Shown here one piece after another: positions 48,755 to 59,141 of a stretch of DNA of 64,000 bases. Positions within the stretch are counted from its first letter, which is position 1; every line of letters starts with the position of its first letter. Made by a program: the position numbers and the translations under genes. A model generated the notes under the pieces. That model saw only the letters and a program-made list of their open reading frames with translations. It ran no database searches and was not told the DNA's origin. Source of the stretch: an uncultured Actinomycetes bacterium (GTDB taxonomy: Bacteria; Actinomycetota; Thermoleophilia; UBA2241); assembly GCA_963725665.1 (NCBI GenBank), contig CAVRZA010000002.1, positions 160,001 to 224,000 of the forward strand. Reading direction: 5' to 3'.

Positions 48755-49777
48755 CTAGTCGAGCTGGTGACCGGTCAGTTTGAGGAACGCCTCCTCGAGC
48801 GTCGGGCGTTCCGTCTGCAGGTCCAGCGGCGCGAGGCCTCTCTCCAGGAGCGCCGCGGCCACGTGATTGACGACGGGCCCCTCGCCGAGCACCTCGACCC
48901 AGGCGCCGTGGCGTCCGACCGAGTGCACGACCTCGAGCGCGGTGAGCCATTCGAAGTCTCCCTCGGCCGTGAAGGTGACGCGCACGGCGCCGGCGCTGGC
49001 GGCGATGAGCCGGGCCGGCGTGTCGAGGGCGACGATGACGCCGTTGTCCATCACGGCAACGCGGTCGCACAGGCGGTCCGCCTCATCCATGAAATGAGTG
49101 ACGAGGACGACGGTCGTCCCGCGGTCGCGGATCCGCTCGATGAGCTCCCAGCTCGTCCGTCTCGCCGCCGGGTCGAGCCCTGTCGTCATCTCGTCGAGGA
49201 AGACGACCTCGGGCTCGCTCACGAGGGCCAGCGCGACCAGCAGACGCTGGCGCTGGCCCCCCGACAGGTTGCCGAAGGCTGCCTTGCGCTTCGCCGTGAG
49301 GCCCCAGTCGTCGAGGAGCACGTTGTAGTCGATGGGATGGGGTGCGGCCGCCGCGAACAGGTCGAGCGCCTCCCAGACGCGCATGCGTTCGGGGAGATGG
49401 GACTCCTGGAGCTGGCAGCCGACCCTGCCGCGCAGCTGTTCGGGATGGGCGAGCGGATCGACGCCGAGGACGCTCACCCGGCCGCCGTCAGGCCGGCGCA
49501 GTCCTTCAAGACACTCGACCGTGGTGGTCTTGCCGGCGCCGTTCGAACCGAGCAGACCGAAGATCTCGCCGCGGCGCACCTCGAACGACACGTCGTCGAC
49601 GGCGACGGTGGAGCCGTAGGCCTTGTGCAGGTGCTCGAGGGCGATGACCGGTTCGGGCAGCGTCGTCTTCTCGACCGCTGCGGGAACATCGTGCGACAGT
49701 ACGGCGGTCTCCGGCGGGTCGGACGAGGCCACTTTGTCTCCGACCGGGGGTTCGCCAGAGTCGGCGCCCAGAGTCAC
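48755..49777 (-). CDS. ABC-2 exporter ATP-binding subunit
   Basis: GSNGAGKTT, LSGGQRQR, FLDEMTTGLD, VTHFMDEA. Confidence 0.95.
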   Translation of the reverse strand: MTLGADSGEPPVGDKVASSDPPETAVLSHDVPAAVEKTTLPEPVIALEHLHKAYGSTVAVDDVSFEVRRGEIFGLLGSNGAGKTTTVECLEGLRRPDGGRVSVLGVDPLAHPEQLRGRVGCQLQESHLPERMRVWEALDLFAAAAPHPIDYNVLLDDWGLTAKRKAAFGNLSGGQRQRLLVALALVSEPEVVFLDEMTTGLDPAARRTSWELIERIRDRGTTVVLVTHFMDEADRLCDRVAVMDNGVIVALDTPARLIAASAGAVRVTFTAEGDFEWLTALEVVHSVGRHGAWVEVLGEGPVVNHVAAALLERGLAPLDLQTERPTLEEAFLKLTGHQLD

Positions 49778-49810
49778 GAGCGAGCCTTCTCTGGACGGCT
49801 CAGCGCCATC

Positions 49811-50005
49811 TCAGGACGCAGGCCGACGCATCTTGCGCACGTCGTTCACGACGGTGACGGCAAACCCGAGGGTGATCAGGATAGGCATGAGCTGGTAGCT
49901 GACCCAGTGCGGAAAGTGAAAGAGGTAGTTGCACACGGCAACCACGATGGCCATTCATATGACGTAGCCGGCGACCCACTGGATGCTCTTGAGGACCCAT
50001 CTCAC
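49811..50005 (-). pseudogene. 64-codon 2-TM membrane protein with an in-frame TGA at codon 17 (not in the ORF track)
   Basis: SD AAAGGAG, GTG, MRWVLKSIQWVAGYVI*MAIVVAVCNYLFHFPHWVSYQLMPILITLGFAVTVVNDVRKMRRPAS. Confidence 0.6.
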
Positions 50006-50037
50006 GGCTGCTCCTTTCTCTGACTAAACCCCGCCAG

Positions 50038-50107
50038 AGTCTAGGTCCAATCGCAGGCGTTGCGCAGCCCTCTGTGGGGGGAATCTCGCTTCCCTCTGCG
50101 GGGGTAG
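50038..50107 (-). promoter_or_regulatory. NarL-like boxes plus TAGACT -10 upstream of the ABC exporter operon
   Basis: Minus strand reads TACCCCC-gc-AGAGGGA and TCCCCCC-ac-AGAGGGC, then TAGACT at a 44-nt offset. Confidence 0.6.
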
Positions 50108-50138
50108 ACAGAAGTGCCGTCAGCGGTGCGGCGGGCGA

Positions 50139-51008
50139 TCAGGGTCGCTCGCGGTCGCGCCAGCCGCGCAGGAAGTCCTTGTAAGACTCGTCCATGGCTC
50201 GCTCGTCGGGGCCGGGCGGAAGCTGCGGCTCCTCCTCCGGTGTGGTGTCATCGGCCACTTCGTCGGGCACGTGGTCGAGGGCCGCAGCTGCGGTCGTGTC
50301 GGGCTCCTCGTCGGCGTCCTCGTCGGCTGTTTCATCGGTCGTCTCGTCTACACCTGCATCGCTCGCCTCATCGGCGGTCTCACCGGGCCCGTCGCCGTCC
50401 TCGACACTGGCATCCCCACCGTCACTCGCGTCGGCCTCGACCTCCTCTTCATCACCCCACACCTCAGTCTCCTCCGGGCCGTACAGCTTGGCCGGTGCGT
50501 AGGGAACGTCGAGACGGTCGAGAGCGGCGAGGGCCAAGTGCTGTGAGCGAGGCGTCTCGGCAGCGCTCTTGAGCGCTGCTGCGGCGTCTTCACCGATCGC
50601 CACGAGCGCTTCGACTGCCGCCCGTTTGACGAAGTCCTGGGCGTCACCTCCCAGTACCTCGATCATGCCCTGCACCACGTCCAGCTCGCCCATGCCGTCC
50701 AGGATCTCGAGCGCCCGGGGCTGCGCCGTATCGCCGCCATCAAGAGCGGTCGTCAGGAGCGCCTCGACGACGCCGGGCCCGCGGCAGGCAAGCTCGGCGG
50801 TCGCGGCGGCGCTGATGGGGTCGGTGTCGGTGCCGGGAGGGAGGTCGAGCAGTGTGATGAGCACGTCGTCGTCGAGGCGCTCGCCGTCGGACTTCAGCAG
50901 CTCGTGGATCTCACCGGCCAGCCGCCGCTGTTCCTCGCTGCCGTCCTCGGGGTCGTAACGATCGAGCAAGGCGATCGCTCGCGCGTTGAGCGCTTGTTCG
51001 TCGCTCAC
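50139..51008 (-). CDS. HEAT-repeat protein with long acidic tail
   Basis: FVKRAAVEALVAIG-type helical repeats; D/E-rich C-terminal third; GTG start inferred. Confidence 0.65.
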   Translation of the reverse strand: MSDEQALNARAIALLDRYDPEDGSEEQRRLAGEIHELLKSDGERLDDDVLITLLDLPPGTDTDPISAAATAELACRGPGVVEALLTTALDGGDTAQPRALEILDGMGELDVVQGMIEVLGGDAQDFVKRAAVEALVAIGEDAAAALKSAAETPRSQHLALAALDRLDVPYAPAKLYGPEETEVWGDEEEVEADASDGGDASVEDGDGPGETADEASDAGVDETTDETADEDADEEPDTTAAAALDHVPDEVADDTTPEEEPQLPPGPDERAMDESYKDFLRGWRDRERP

Positions 51009-51137
51009 CGGCCGCGCTCCTGTGGTCGGTGTCTCTCGGGGGTCCTCGCCCGATGATACACAACATGCTGGAGTCGCCCTGGTGGCAGTGTCGAATCTTC
51101 GCATGCGCTCTAGATCGAGACACGATAGGCTGCCGCC

Positions 51138-52349
51138 GTGGACGTGCAGCACATATACGACGCCGGCCTCTGCGAGTTGTGCGGCACCTGCGCCGGCGTC
51201 TGCCCCGAGCGTGCGATCTCGATGGTGTGGGACCTCGAAGCCGGCTATGTGCTGCGCGTCGACAAGGAGCTTTGCAGCGATTGCGGCACCTGCGCCGATG
51301 TGTGCCCCGGCGACGGATTCGACTACTCCGACGGTGCGTGGTGGCGCGAGCGCAACGGCGACGCCCCCCGACGCGACTTCCTCGGCCCCTGGCTGAGCCT
51401 CTCCTTCGGCTGGGCGAGCGACCCCGCGGTGCGCTACGCCGGCGCGTCGGGGGGCGTCGCGACGGCCATCCTGCAGGGCGCTTTCGCACGAGACCTCATC
51501 GACGCCGCCCTCGTCATCGGCATGGACCCCGAGAACGCGTTGGCGGGTAAGCCCTTCCTGGCGCGCTCGGCCGACGAGGTGGCTGCGGCGCGGGGCTCCA
51601 AGTACACGACGGTGAACAGCAACCTCATGCTGCGCGCGATCCGCGAGGAGGCCGGCCGCTACGCCGTCGTCGGCCTGCCCTGCCACCTGCAGGGGCTGCG
51701 ACGTGCTCAGAAGCGTCTGCCCGTGCTGCGCGGCCGGATCGTCTTCGCGCTGGGCATCTTCTGCGGACTCACCAACGTGCCCAAGGCGACCTGGGTAGCC
51801 GCCCGCAGGGCGGGGGGCGATCCCGCCGCGCTGGCCTGCGTGGCCTATCGCGGACCAGGCTGGCCGGGGTCTCTGCGCCTGACCTCGCGTTCCGGCACGG
51901 TGACCGAAGTGCCTTACCCCGACTACTACGACGGTTTCGTCGGCGCATGGGTGCCGCTGCGCTGCCGATTCTGCCCTGACGCACTGGCGGAGCTCGCCGA
52001 CGTGTCCGTCGGCGACGCCTGGCTCGATCGTTTCAGCGGCAGCCCCGGGGTCTCCGATCTCATCGTGCGTACGGAAGCAGGACGTCGGCTCATGGACGAG
52101 GTGGCGCCGGACTGGCTGACCCTCACCGAGGCGACGCCCGACGAGATGGTGGCGTCGCAGCGCGAGACCTATCGCGTGAAGCGGGAGGTCATGCGCGGCC
52201 GGCTCTGGCTGCGCCGCAAGGCCGGCCGCGCCGCGCCGAGCTACCCCGGTCTGCAGCTTGAGGCGTCGGTCTCAGACAAGCTGGCGGGCGTGAAGGACCT
52301 TGCGAAAGAGGCGGCCTACAAGGCTGCCGGCCGCCTCCGCTACCGCTGA
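51138..52349 (+). CDS. F420 hydrogenase/dehydrogenase beta-subunit (FrhB-like) iron-sulfur protein
   Basis: Two CxxCxxCxxxCP motifs, ASGGVAT, GSKY, VGLPCH, GIFC, YRGPGWPG, RCRFCPD, ADVSVGDAW. Confidence 0.92.
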   Translation: MDVQHIYDAGLCELCGTCAGVCPERAISMVWDLEAGYVLRVDKELCSDCGTCADVCPGDGFDYSDGAWWRERNGDAPRRDFLGPWLSLSFGWASDPAVRYAGASGGVATAILQGAFARDLIDAALVIGMDPENALAGKPFLARSADEVAAARGSKYTTVNSNLMLRAIREEAGRYAVVGLPCHLQGLRRAQKRLPVLRGRIVFALGIFCGLTNVPKATWVAARRAGGDPAALACVAYRGPGWPGSLRLTSRSGTVTEVPYPDYYDGFVGAWVPLRCRFCPDALAELADVSVGDAWLDRFSGSPGVSDLIVRTEAGRRLMDEVAPDWLTLTEATPDEMVASQRETYRVKREVMRGRLWLRRKAGRAAPSYPGLQLEASVSDKLAGVKDLAKEAAYKAAGRLRYR

Positions 52350-52451
52350 CCGTGCGCAGGACGCCTCGTCTCCGTCGCTGCCGGCCGCGGCAGACGGCAT
52401 GGCCGTGTGGCCGCTCGACGTGATCGTCGAGTCAGCGACACCTCGGCGGCG

Positions 52452-52937
<486 letters not shown>

Positions 52938-53206
52938 CGGGTCCGTCCTCCCGTGAGTGGTCACGCCAGGGCCGTCTCGAGGCCGAGGGTGGCCACTGGG
53001 TAGTCTGCATCGTGGGGTTACCGCTTCTCACATTGTGCAAACACGGTCCGTTGTGGTCGGCGGCGCCGCGACCGATGGGGGTTGACGGCGGCGGTCTGCT
53101 CGCCGGGCCTGGCGGCGGCGCCGAAAGGCGCGAAACGCACCCGCGTGCGGTCGATCGTCTGGGCGGGAACACCGTATGGCACTGCCCGACGAGACGAGGA
53201 GTCGTC

Positions 53207-54122
53207 ATGACGGTTATGAAGGGATGGCCCGCGCTCGATCAAGCGCGCTGCCGCAGCACCCTGACGACCTTGCGCCACTACACCCAGGTCGTGGGCAAGA
53301 TCCGTCTAGCTCTCACGCTGGTCATGCCGCAGTGGGCCAACTCCCCTCTGCGAGTGACCTCACGGGGCCTGACCACCACGCCCATGTGGGCGAACGACCG
53401 TTCCCTGCAGATCGACCTCGACTTCGTCGACCACGCGGCGATCTTCACCTCGAGTGACGGGAGGAGACGCAGCGTGGGTCTGCAGCGAAACGGCAGCGTG
53501 GCCAGCTTCCACGACGAGACGATGGCCGCCCTCGACGCCTTCGGATTCGCGATCGGCCATCGATCCGAAGTCCCTCGAGGCACCGGGGGCGGTCGCCGGC
53601 GAGGGCGCGCCCTACGACACGGCCTGCGTCGAGTCGTTCTTCCAGGTGCTCACGAGGGTGTCGTCGGTCCTCGACGAGTATCGCGCCGGATTCTGGGGCA
53701 AGCAGACCGAGGTCTCGTTCTGGTGGGGGACCTTCGACCTCTCGGTGACGCGCTTCTCGGGACGTCCCGCGGAGCCGCCCGCCGGCAGCGGCTTCGTCGA
53801 GCGGGTGGCCCAGGACGCCGAGCAAGCGATGTGCGGGTTCTGGCCCGGCGACGAGCAAGCCGAGCCGGGGTTCTTCGCCTACACCTACCCCAAGCCTACG
53901 GGGATCGAGCAAGCACGAATCGCGCCCCCGACCGCGCACTGGAGCGACGCGGCCGGCGAGTTCCTCCTCTCGTACGCCGACGTGACCGCTGCCGCCGACC
54001 CGCGCGGGGCGCTCATGGAGTTCTTCAGGACGACCTACGAGGCGGGCGCGGAGCGAGCCGGTTGGGACAGGAAGACGCTCGATCGCGAGTCGCCCATCAA
54101 GCGGCCTCGAAAGGCAGCCTGA
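53207..54122 (+). CDS. DUF5996-like protein (frameshift ~53555)
   Basis: QVVGKIRLAL, VTSRGLTT, FWWGTFDLSVTRFSGR, GFWPG, FFAYTYP, GEFLLSY, WDR. Confidence 0.8.
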
Positions 54123-54186
54123 ATCGCGCGACTGGGCGGGACTTGCGCCGCGCCACGCGCGAGCGGTTGGCCGCCTAGACGCATCG

Positions 54187-54513
54187 CTAGCCCGACCGCT
54201 CCTGGTTCGCGGGGACCACGAGCTCCTGATACTCAGGATGGCGCTCGATGTAGGCGGCGATGAAGGAGCAGAGAGGCACGACGTGCAACCGCTCGGTGCG
54301 GGTCTCGTCGAGCGCGAAGACGGCCAGAAGGCTGCCGAGTCCTCGGCCCTCGAACGCCGGGTCGATCTCGGTGTGCGTGAAGACCCTGCGTCCCGGCTCA
54401 TCCCTGTATGCGGCCAGGCCGACGCGGGTATCATCGACGAAGATCTCGAAGCGGCGCCGCTCCGGCTCGTGTACGATGCGCGGCTTGTCTTGTGGTGCGC
54501 TTGGCGCGCTCAT
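54187..54513 (-). CDS. Small GNAT-like acetyltransferase (YjdJ type)
   Basis: RRFEI, FTHTEIDPAFEGRGLG, VVPLCSFI..YIERHPEY; SD GGAG. Confidence 0.9.
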   Translation of the reverse strand: MSAPSAPQDKPRIVHEPERRRFEIFVDDTRVGLAAYRDEPGRRVFTHTEIDPAFEGRGLGSLLAVFALDETRTERLHVVPLCSFIAAYIERHPEYQELVVPANQERSG

Positions 54514-54709
54514 GCTCCACTCCTCTCCATCTGTCTTGCTTGTGCCCCTCCTCCGGCTGGAACGAACGGGCGACGGGACGGCGGGGTCGCGGTGAGGGAA
54601 CCGTATCGGGTAACGAGCAGTGGTAGTACACTGGTGGACACCCCTCCGGCCGACGGCGGCGCTTGTCCAGGGCTCGCCGGCCATCACCCGAGCAGACGAA
54701 GGGATTCTC

Positions 54710-55543
54710 GTGGGCACGATAGGCTTGAGCATGATCCACGCCGGCAAGGAACCGCTGTTGTTCCTGCTGATCGGCTTGTTGGCGGCTTTCTTCGTGGTGC
54801 GCTTGAGCACGAGGCTCATGCGCGCCAACGTGCGTTGGTGGTTCGGCGAGTTCAAGCCGCGCGGGCTACACATCCACCACATGGTGTTCGGCATCATCGT
54901 CCTGGTCGTCGTCGGCATCCTGCAGGTCGCACTGCAACCGTCTGGTCATCTGCTCGACGCGTTCGCGCTCGTGTTCGGCATCGGCGTCGCCCTCGTGCTC
55001 GACGAGTTCGCGCTCGTGCTGCACCTCGAAGACGTCTACTGGGGCGAGGAGGGCAGGAAGTCCATCGACGCCGTGGTCCTGGCCGCCACCTTCACGGGCC
55101 TGTTGCTGCTCGGTCTGGTGCCCGCGGGGTTCCCCGGGGGCACGAACTTCGTGCCCTCCTCGGCCCGCTGGGTCCTCACCGCCACGGCGGCGTTGAACCT
55201 CGTGCCGGTCGTGGTGGCGCTCCTCAAGGGCAAGCTCTGGACCGGCGTGGTGGGCATCTTCATCCCCGGCGTAGCGCTCATCGGCGCCGTGCGCCTGGCG
55301 AAGCCGCGCTCGCCTTGGGCGCACCTCCGCTACGCGGGTAACGCGGAGAAACTGCGTCAGGCGCGTCTGCGCTACGCTCGCCTGGCGCAGCACAAGCGGC
55401 GCCTCTGGGACCTCATCGGCGGCGCGCCCTCGCGCCTACCTGAGATGGCGACTTCACGGTTCCCTGAGATGGCGACCTCGCGGGTGCGCGGACTGGCGCC
55501 ATCGCGGTTGCGCGAGATGGCGCCGCCGGAGGCGGCTGACTAG
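54710..55543 (+). CDS. Conserved actinobacterial-type integral membrane protein
   Basis: GLHIHHMVFG, LVLDEFALVLHLEDVYW, KGK, RLAKPRSPWA; start uncertain. Confidence 0.8.
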   Translation: MGTIGLSMIHAGKEPLLFLLIGLLAAFFVVRLSTRLMRANVRWWFGEFKPRGLHIHHMVFGIIVLVVVGILQVALQPSGHLLDAFALVFGIGVALVLDEFALVLHLEDVYWGEEGRKSIDAVVLAATFTGLLLLGLVPAGFPGGTNFVPSSARWVLTATAALNLVPVVVALLKGKLWTGVVGIFIPGVALIGAVRLAKPRSPWAHLRYAGNAEKLRQARLRYARLAQHKRRLWDLIGGAPSRLPEMATSRFPEMATSRVRGLAPSRLREMAPPEAAD

Positions 55544-55649
55544 CGCCGTCCGCAGGGCCGCCCGTTTTCGGGGCGGCCGCTACGTCTGCGGCTGGCCGTG
55601 TAGTCCGGTTGACGAGGGACCGACCGCCGTCGCCGCGCCTTCGTTTCTG

Positions 55650-56606
55650 TCACGCCGCCGCTCTCTGCGCCAGCTCTGCGGCAAAGCCTTGCCGCCAGGT
55701 CTTGAAGCAAGGATCGAAGTCCAGGTCGCGCTTGGCCTTCGCGTTGGAGGTCCCGCGCTGCTGCGTCGAGCGGTAGATGAAGTGCTCGCGTCCGAGCACG
55801 CGGATCAACAGGGTCGGCACGTGGTGCGGCGCCGGAGCGTGCAGCAGTTCGGCGTAGAAGGGCACCCACTCCGACCTGGACGCGGGCTCGTCGTCGGCGA
55901 TGTTGTAAACGCCGGTCGGGCCGCTCAAGGCCAGCACGGTCGCCGCCGCGGCGTCGTCGACGTGCACGAACGAGGTCATGCCGTGGCCGTCGCCGACGAC
56001 GGGAAAGTGCCTGATGCGAACGAGATTGGCGATCGAACCGTCGTCCGCGTAGGCGGTGCCGGGGCCGTAGATGGCGCCGTAGCGCAGGACCACGCCCTCG
56101 ATGCCCGGCGTCTCGAGCACCGCGCGCTCGAGGGCCTGCACGGCCTCGACGTTGCGACGGCGTGTCGAGGGCACGTCGGACCCGAGGTTCAGGGGGTCGT
56201 CCTCGGTCTTGATCCAGTCGCCCATGGGTGCGTAGATGTGCGCGTAGCTCTGGGCGACGATGCGGCGCGCGCCCGCGGCGCGCGCCGCATCGACGAGGTT
56301 GCGTGCGCCCTCGGTGCGCATGCGCTGGTTAGCGGCGAACTCGGCCTCGCTGCCGCTCGGACCGAGCTGACGCGAGAGGTCGGTCAGCTCGTCGATCACG
56401 ATCTCGGGCCCTTCGTCGTTGAGCAGCCCTTGCAGGGCCTCGCGGTCGTAGACGTCGCACGCGACGCCGCGAGCGCCGAGCTCCTCGAGGCGCTTGGCCC
56501 TCTCGGGGCTGCGGCTCATGCCGACGACTTCGTGGCCACCTTCGACCAACAACGGAACGAGCCGGCTGCCGATGACTCCGGTGGCGCCGGCTACGAAGAT
56601 CTTCAT
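55650..56606 (-). CDS. NAD-dependent epimerase/dehydratase (atypical SDR)
   Basis: IFVAGATGVIG, LRYGAIYGPG, SFVHVDDAA, YNIADDEP. Confidence 0.92.
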   Translation of the reverse strand: MKIFVAGATGVIGSRLVPLLVEGGHEVVGMSRSPERAKRLEELGARGVACDVYDREALQGLLNDEGPEIVIDELTDLSRQLGPSGSEAEFAANQRMRTEGARNLVDAARAAGARRIVAQSYAHIYAPMGDWIKTEDDPLNLGSDVPSTRRRNVEAVQALERAVLETPGIEGVVLRYGAIYGPGTAYADDGSIANLVRIRHFPVVGDGHGMTSFVHVDDAAAATVLALSGPTGVYNIADDEPASRSEWVPFYAELLHAPAPHHVPTLLIRVLGREHFIYRSTQQRGTSNAKAKRDLDFDPCFKTWRQGFAAELAQRAAA

Positions 56607-56808
56607 GATGCTCTCCTTTGAGAACGTCAGTGTGAAGTATGCAGGACAAAATCTTCCCTGTTGGGGGACGGGTCATCGTTAAGGTTCGTGAAGGCTGCAG
56701 CCCGCGCGCTTGCCCATCTCCGCCTCCACACGGCTCCGCGAGGACGGTAGACTCTATCGTCAACTCGCGCTGTCTTTCACGCCACCTCGCTGAATGGAGG
56801 ACTCCGTC

Positions 56809-57147
56809 ATGGACGTGGTCAAGACCTTCGCGATCTACATCCTCGCGGCCACTGGGGAACTTGGAGGCACGTACTGCTACTGGCGCTGGCTCAAGGAACA
56901 CGGTACGTGGGGACTTGCCGTCGTGGGGCTCGCGGCACTCCTCGTTTACGCGGTCGTGCAGACGCTCCAGCCGGAGAGCAGGTACGGTCGCGTCTATGCC
57001 GCCTACGCGGGCGTCTTCCTGGTCGGAGCGATGCTCTGGGGTTGGCTGATCGACGGCAAGGTGCCCGACAGGTTCGACGTGATCGGAGCGGCGGTGGCCA
57101 TGGTCGGTGTGGTCATCGTGCTCTACGGGCGCACCGTGTTCGCCTGA
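56809..57147 (+). CDS. YnfA-family small membrane protein
   Basis: AATGELGGTY, YGRVYAAYAGVF, PDRFDVIGA. Confidence 0.92.
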   Translation: MDVVKTFAIYILAATGELGGTYCYWRWLKEHGTWGLAVVGLAALLVYAVVQTLQPESRYGRVYAAYAGVFLVGAMLWGWLIDGKVPDRFDVIGAAVAMVGVVIVLYGRTVFA

Positions 57148-57316
57148 GCGTCACGACAGCCGCGCCATCCTCGTAACCCCCGAGTCGTCTCGCGTTCGAC
57201 CTTGCCTTCCGTCGTCCTTCCGAACCTCCATCGCCCGTGCCGCGTCTCCCCCCACGATGCCGTCGGAGCCGGCGCCGCCCTGAGAGCAGGCGCGCGGGCC
57301 GATACTGGAGGTCGTG

Positions 57317-58595
57317 ATGAAGCGGATCCTGCTCGTGGTCCTCGTGGTAGCTGTAGCGGGCGCCGTCGCGGCGGCGATGGTGGCCTTCCTGCGCTCGGAC
57401 ACTAGCGTCGCGGCGGCAGTGCCGGCTAAGGGCCACCCCGATGTGCAGTCGCGATCGGCGAAAGCGCTGGCCCGGCCTCTCGACCGCTTCGGCCTAGCGC
57501 TCTTGCAGCGCCAAGTCGCCACGTCGCCGACCGGCAACGTGGTCGTCTCGCCGGTCTCCCTGCACGCCGTCCTCTCTATGGTCTTCAACGGGGCGAGCGG
57601 CCAGACGGCTGAGGAGATGCGGCGTGTGCTCGGTCTCGACCCGATTCAGGACTCGACGGAGCTCGCCGCGCTGAACCAGGGTTGGGCCGACTTGATCTGG
57701 CTGGCGCAGTCGGGCAAGAAGCACGAAGTCAGCATCGCCGACTCGCTGTGGCTGCGCGACGGCCTTCCCCTTCAGGCCGGCCTTCCTCGACACGAACCGC
57801 GACTACTTCGCCGCCGAGATGCGACCGCTCCCGAGCGACCCGGCTGCAGCGGCGAAGGACATCAACGCCTGGGTCGAGGAGCACACCGCCGGGCGCATCA
57901 AGGACATCGTGAGCCCGGACTCGTTCGACGCGCAGACGATCCTGGCGCTGTTCAACACGGTGCATCTGAAGGTCAAGTGGGACTACTTCGACAAGAAGGA
58001 CACCCGCCCGGCGTCCTTCACGCTGGCCAGCGGCGAGCGAGTCGAGGTGCCGATGATGAACGCCTCGGAGCTCGAAGCGCCCGTCGCGCAGACGGCGAGC
58101 TACGACGCCGTCGCCCTCAAGACCGACGGGCCGGTCACGGTGTGGGTGATCGTCCCCAAGGGCTCCGAGACGGCCGAATCGCTGCTCAAGGGTCTCGACG
58201 CGCGGCAGCTCGAGGCTCTGTACGGCAAGGCCACGACGGGCTCTGGCAGCCTCGAGCTGCCGCGCTTCACGACCAAGTACACCGCCGATCAGCTCAAGGA
58301 GAACCTGGCCGCGATGGGGATGCCGCGCGCCTTCTCACCGGACCGGGCGGAGTTCCCCGGCATCGCCGACGTGGCGCCCGAGCGCATCTTCATCCAGAAA
58401 GCGATGCAGAAGACCTACCTCGATCTCAACGAGGAGGGCGTGGAGGCGGCCGCCGCCTCGGGTCTCATCGTCGGCGTGACGAGCATGCCGGTAAGCCAGT
58501 TCCAGATCCGCGCCGATCACCCGTTCCTGCTCGTGCTGACCGAGAACGCGACGCGGGCGCCGCTGTTCATGGGTCTCATCCGCGACCCGAGGTGA
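57317..58595 (+). CDS. Secreted serpin (frameshift ~57775)
   Basis: Signal peptide; NVVVSPVS, INAWVEEHTAGRI, VPMM, LPRF, EEGVEAAAA hinge, ADHPFL, LFMG. Confidence 0.92.
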
Positions 58596-58626
58596 GGTTT
58601 CCTCGTCTGAGCCCTGTGCCCGACCC

Positions 58627-58665
58627 CGGTGCTGAGCCGCGGTGCTGAGCCGCGGTGCGGAGCCC
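58627..58665. repeat. 13-bp tandem repeat CGGTGCTGAGCCG, 3 copies (third degenerate)
   Basis: Directly visible between convergent genes. Confidence 0.8.
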
Positions 58666-58684
58666 TCAGTGCCGGGCTCCGAGC

Positions 58685-58978
58685 CTAACCGATGCCCTTC
58701 AGCAGCTGCGAGACCTGATCCTTGGAGAACGCCTTCATGGTGGTGGTGCGCACGTTGCCCCGCTTGGCCAGCTTGAAGAGGAACTTCATGGCCACATCGT
58801 CGCTCGGCGCTTCACCGATGCAGCAGTAGTCGTACTCGCCCATCGTCATGAGCACGGTCAGGTCTTGTCCGCCCACCTCCCTCCAGGCCTTCACGCTCTG
58901 ATCGATGCGTTCCGGCACGTTCGCGATGTCGGCCGCCCCCTTGTCCGTGAACTTGACCAGAAGCACGTAGGTCGCCAT
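58685..58978 (-). CDS. GYD-domain protein
   Basis: MATYVLLVKFTDKG, TMGEYD, GNVRTTTMKAF; SD GGGAGG. Confidence 0.9.
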   Translation of the reverse strand: MATYVLLVKFTDKGAADIANVPERIDQSVKAWREVGGQDLTVLMTMGEYDYCCIGEAPSDDVAMKFLFKLAKRGNVRTTTMKAFSKDQVSQLLKGIG

Positions 58979-59141
58979 GATGCCTCCCTTTCGCATCGTC
59001 TCGCCGGTGTTCGGTCTCTGCGAAGGATGGTACGCCCGTCAAACGGTCGCCCATCGGGAGTCGCTCCGTGAGAAGAGCATGTGCGGCCTCTCGCTTCTGA
59101 GGGATAGGATGCGACCGGACCTACCGACGTCTGGAGGTGCC

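Noticed and set aside
49955-49957. Selenocysteine or recoded TGA
   Set aside because: Transmembrane context fits Trp, no SECIS-like hairpin was recognised, and TGA is a normal stop in many genes here
52975-53200. c-di-GMP riboswitch-like pieces (GGGGTTACC, GAAA-capped hairpins)
   Set aside because: Elements are in the wrong order and the GCAAAC/GACGCAAAG core is missing
58627-58680. 13-bp repeats as iterons or a mini-CRISPR
   Set aside because: Only three adjacent decaying copies, no spacers and no replication gene
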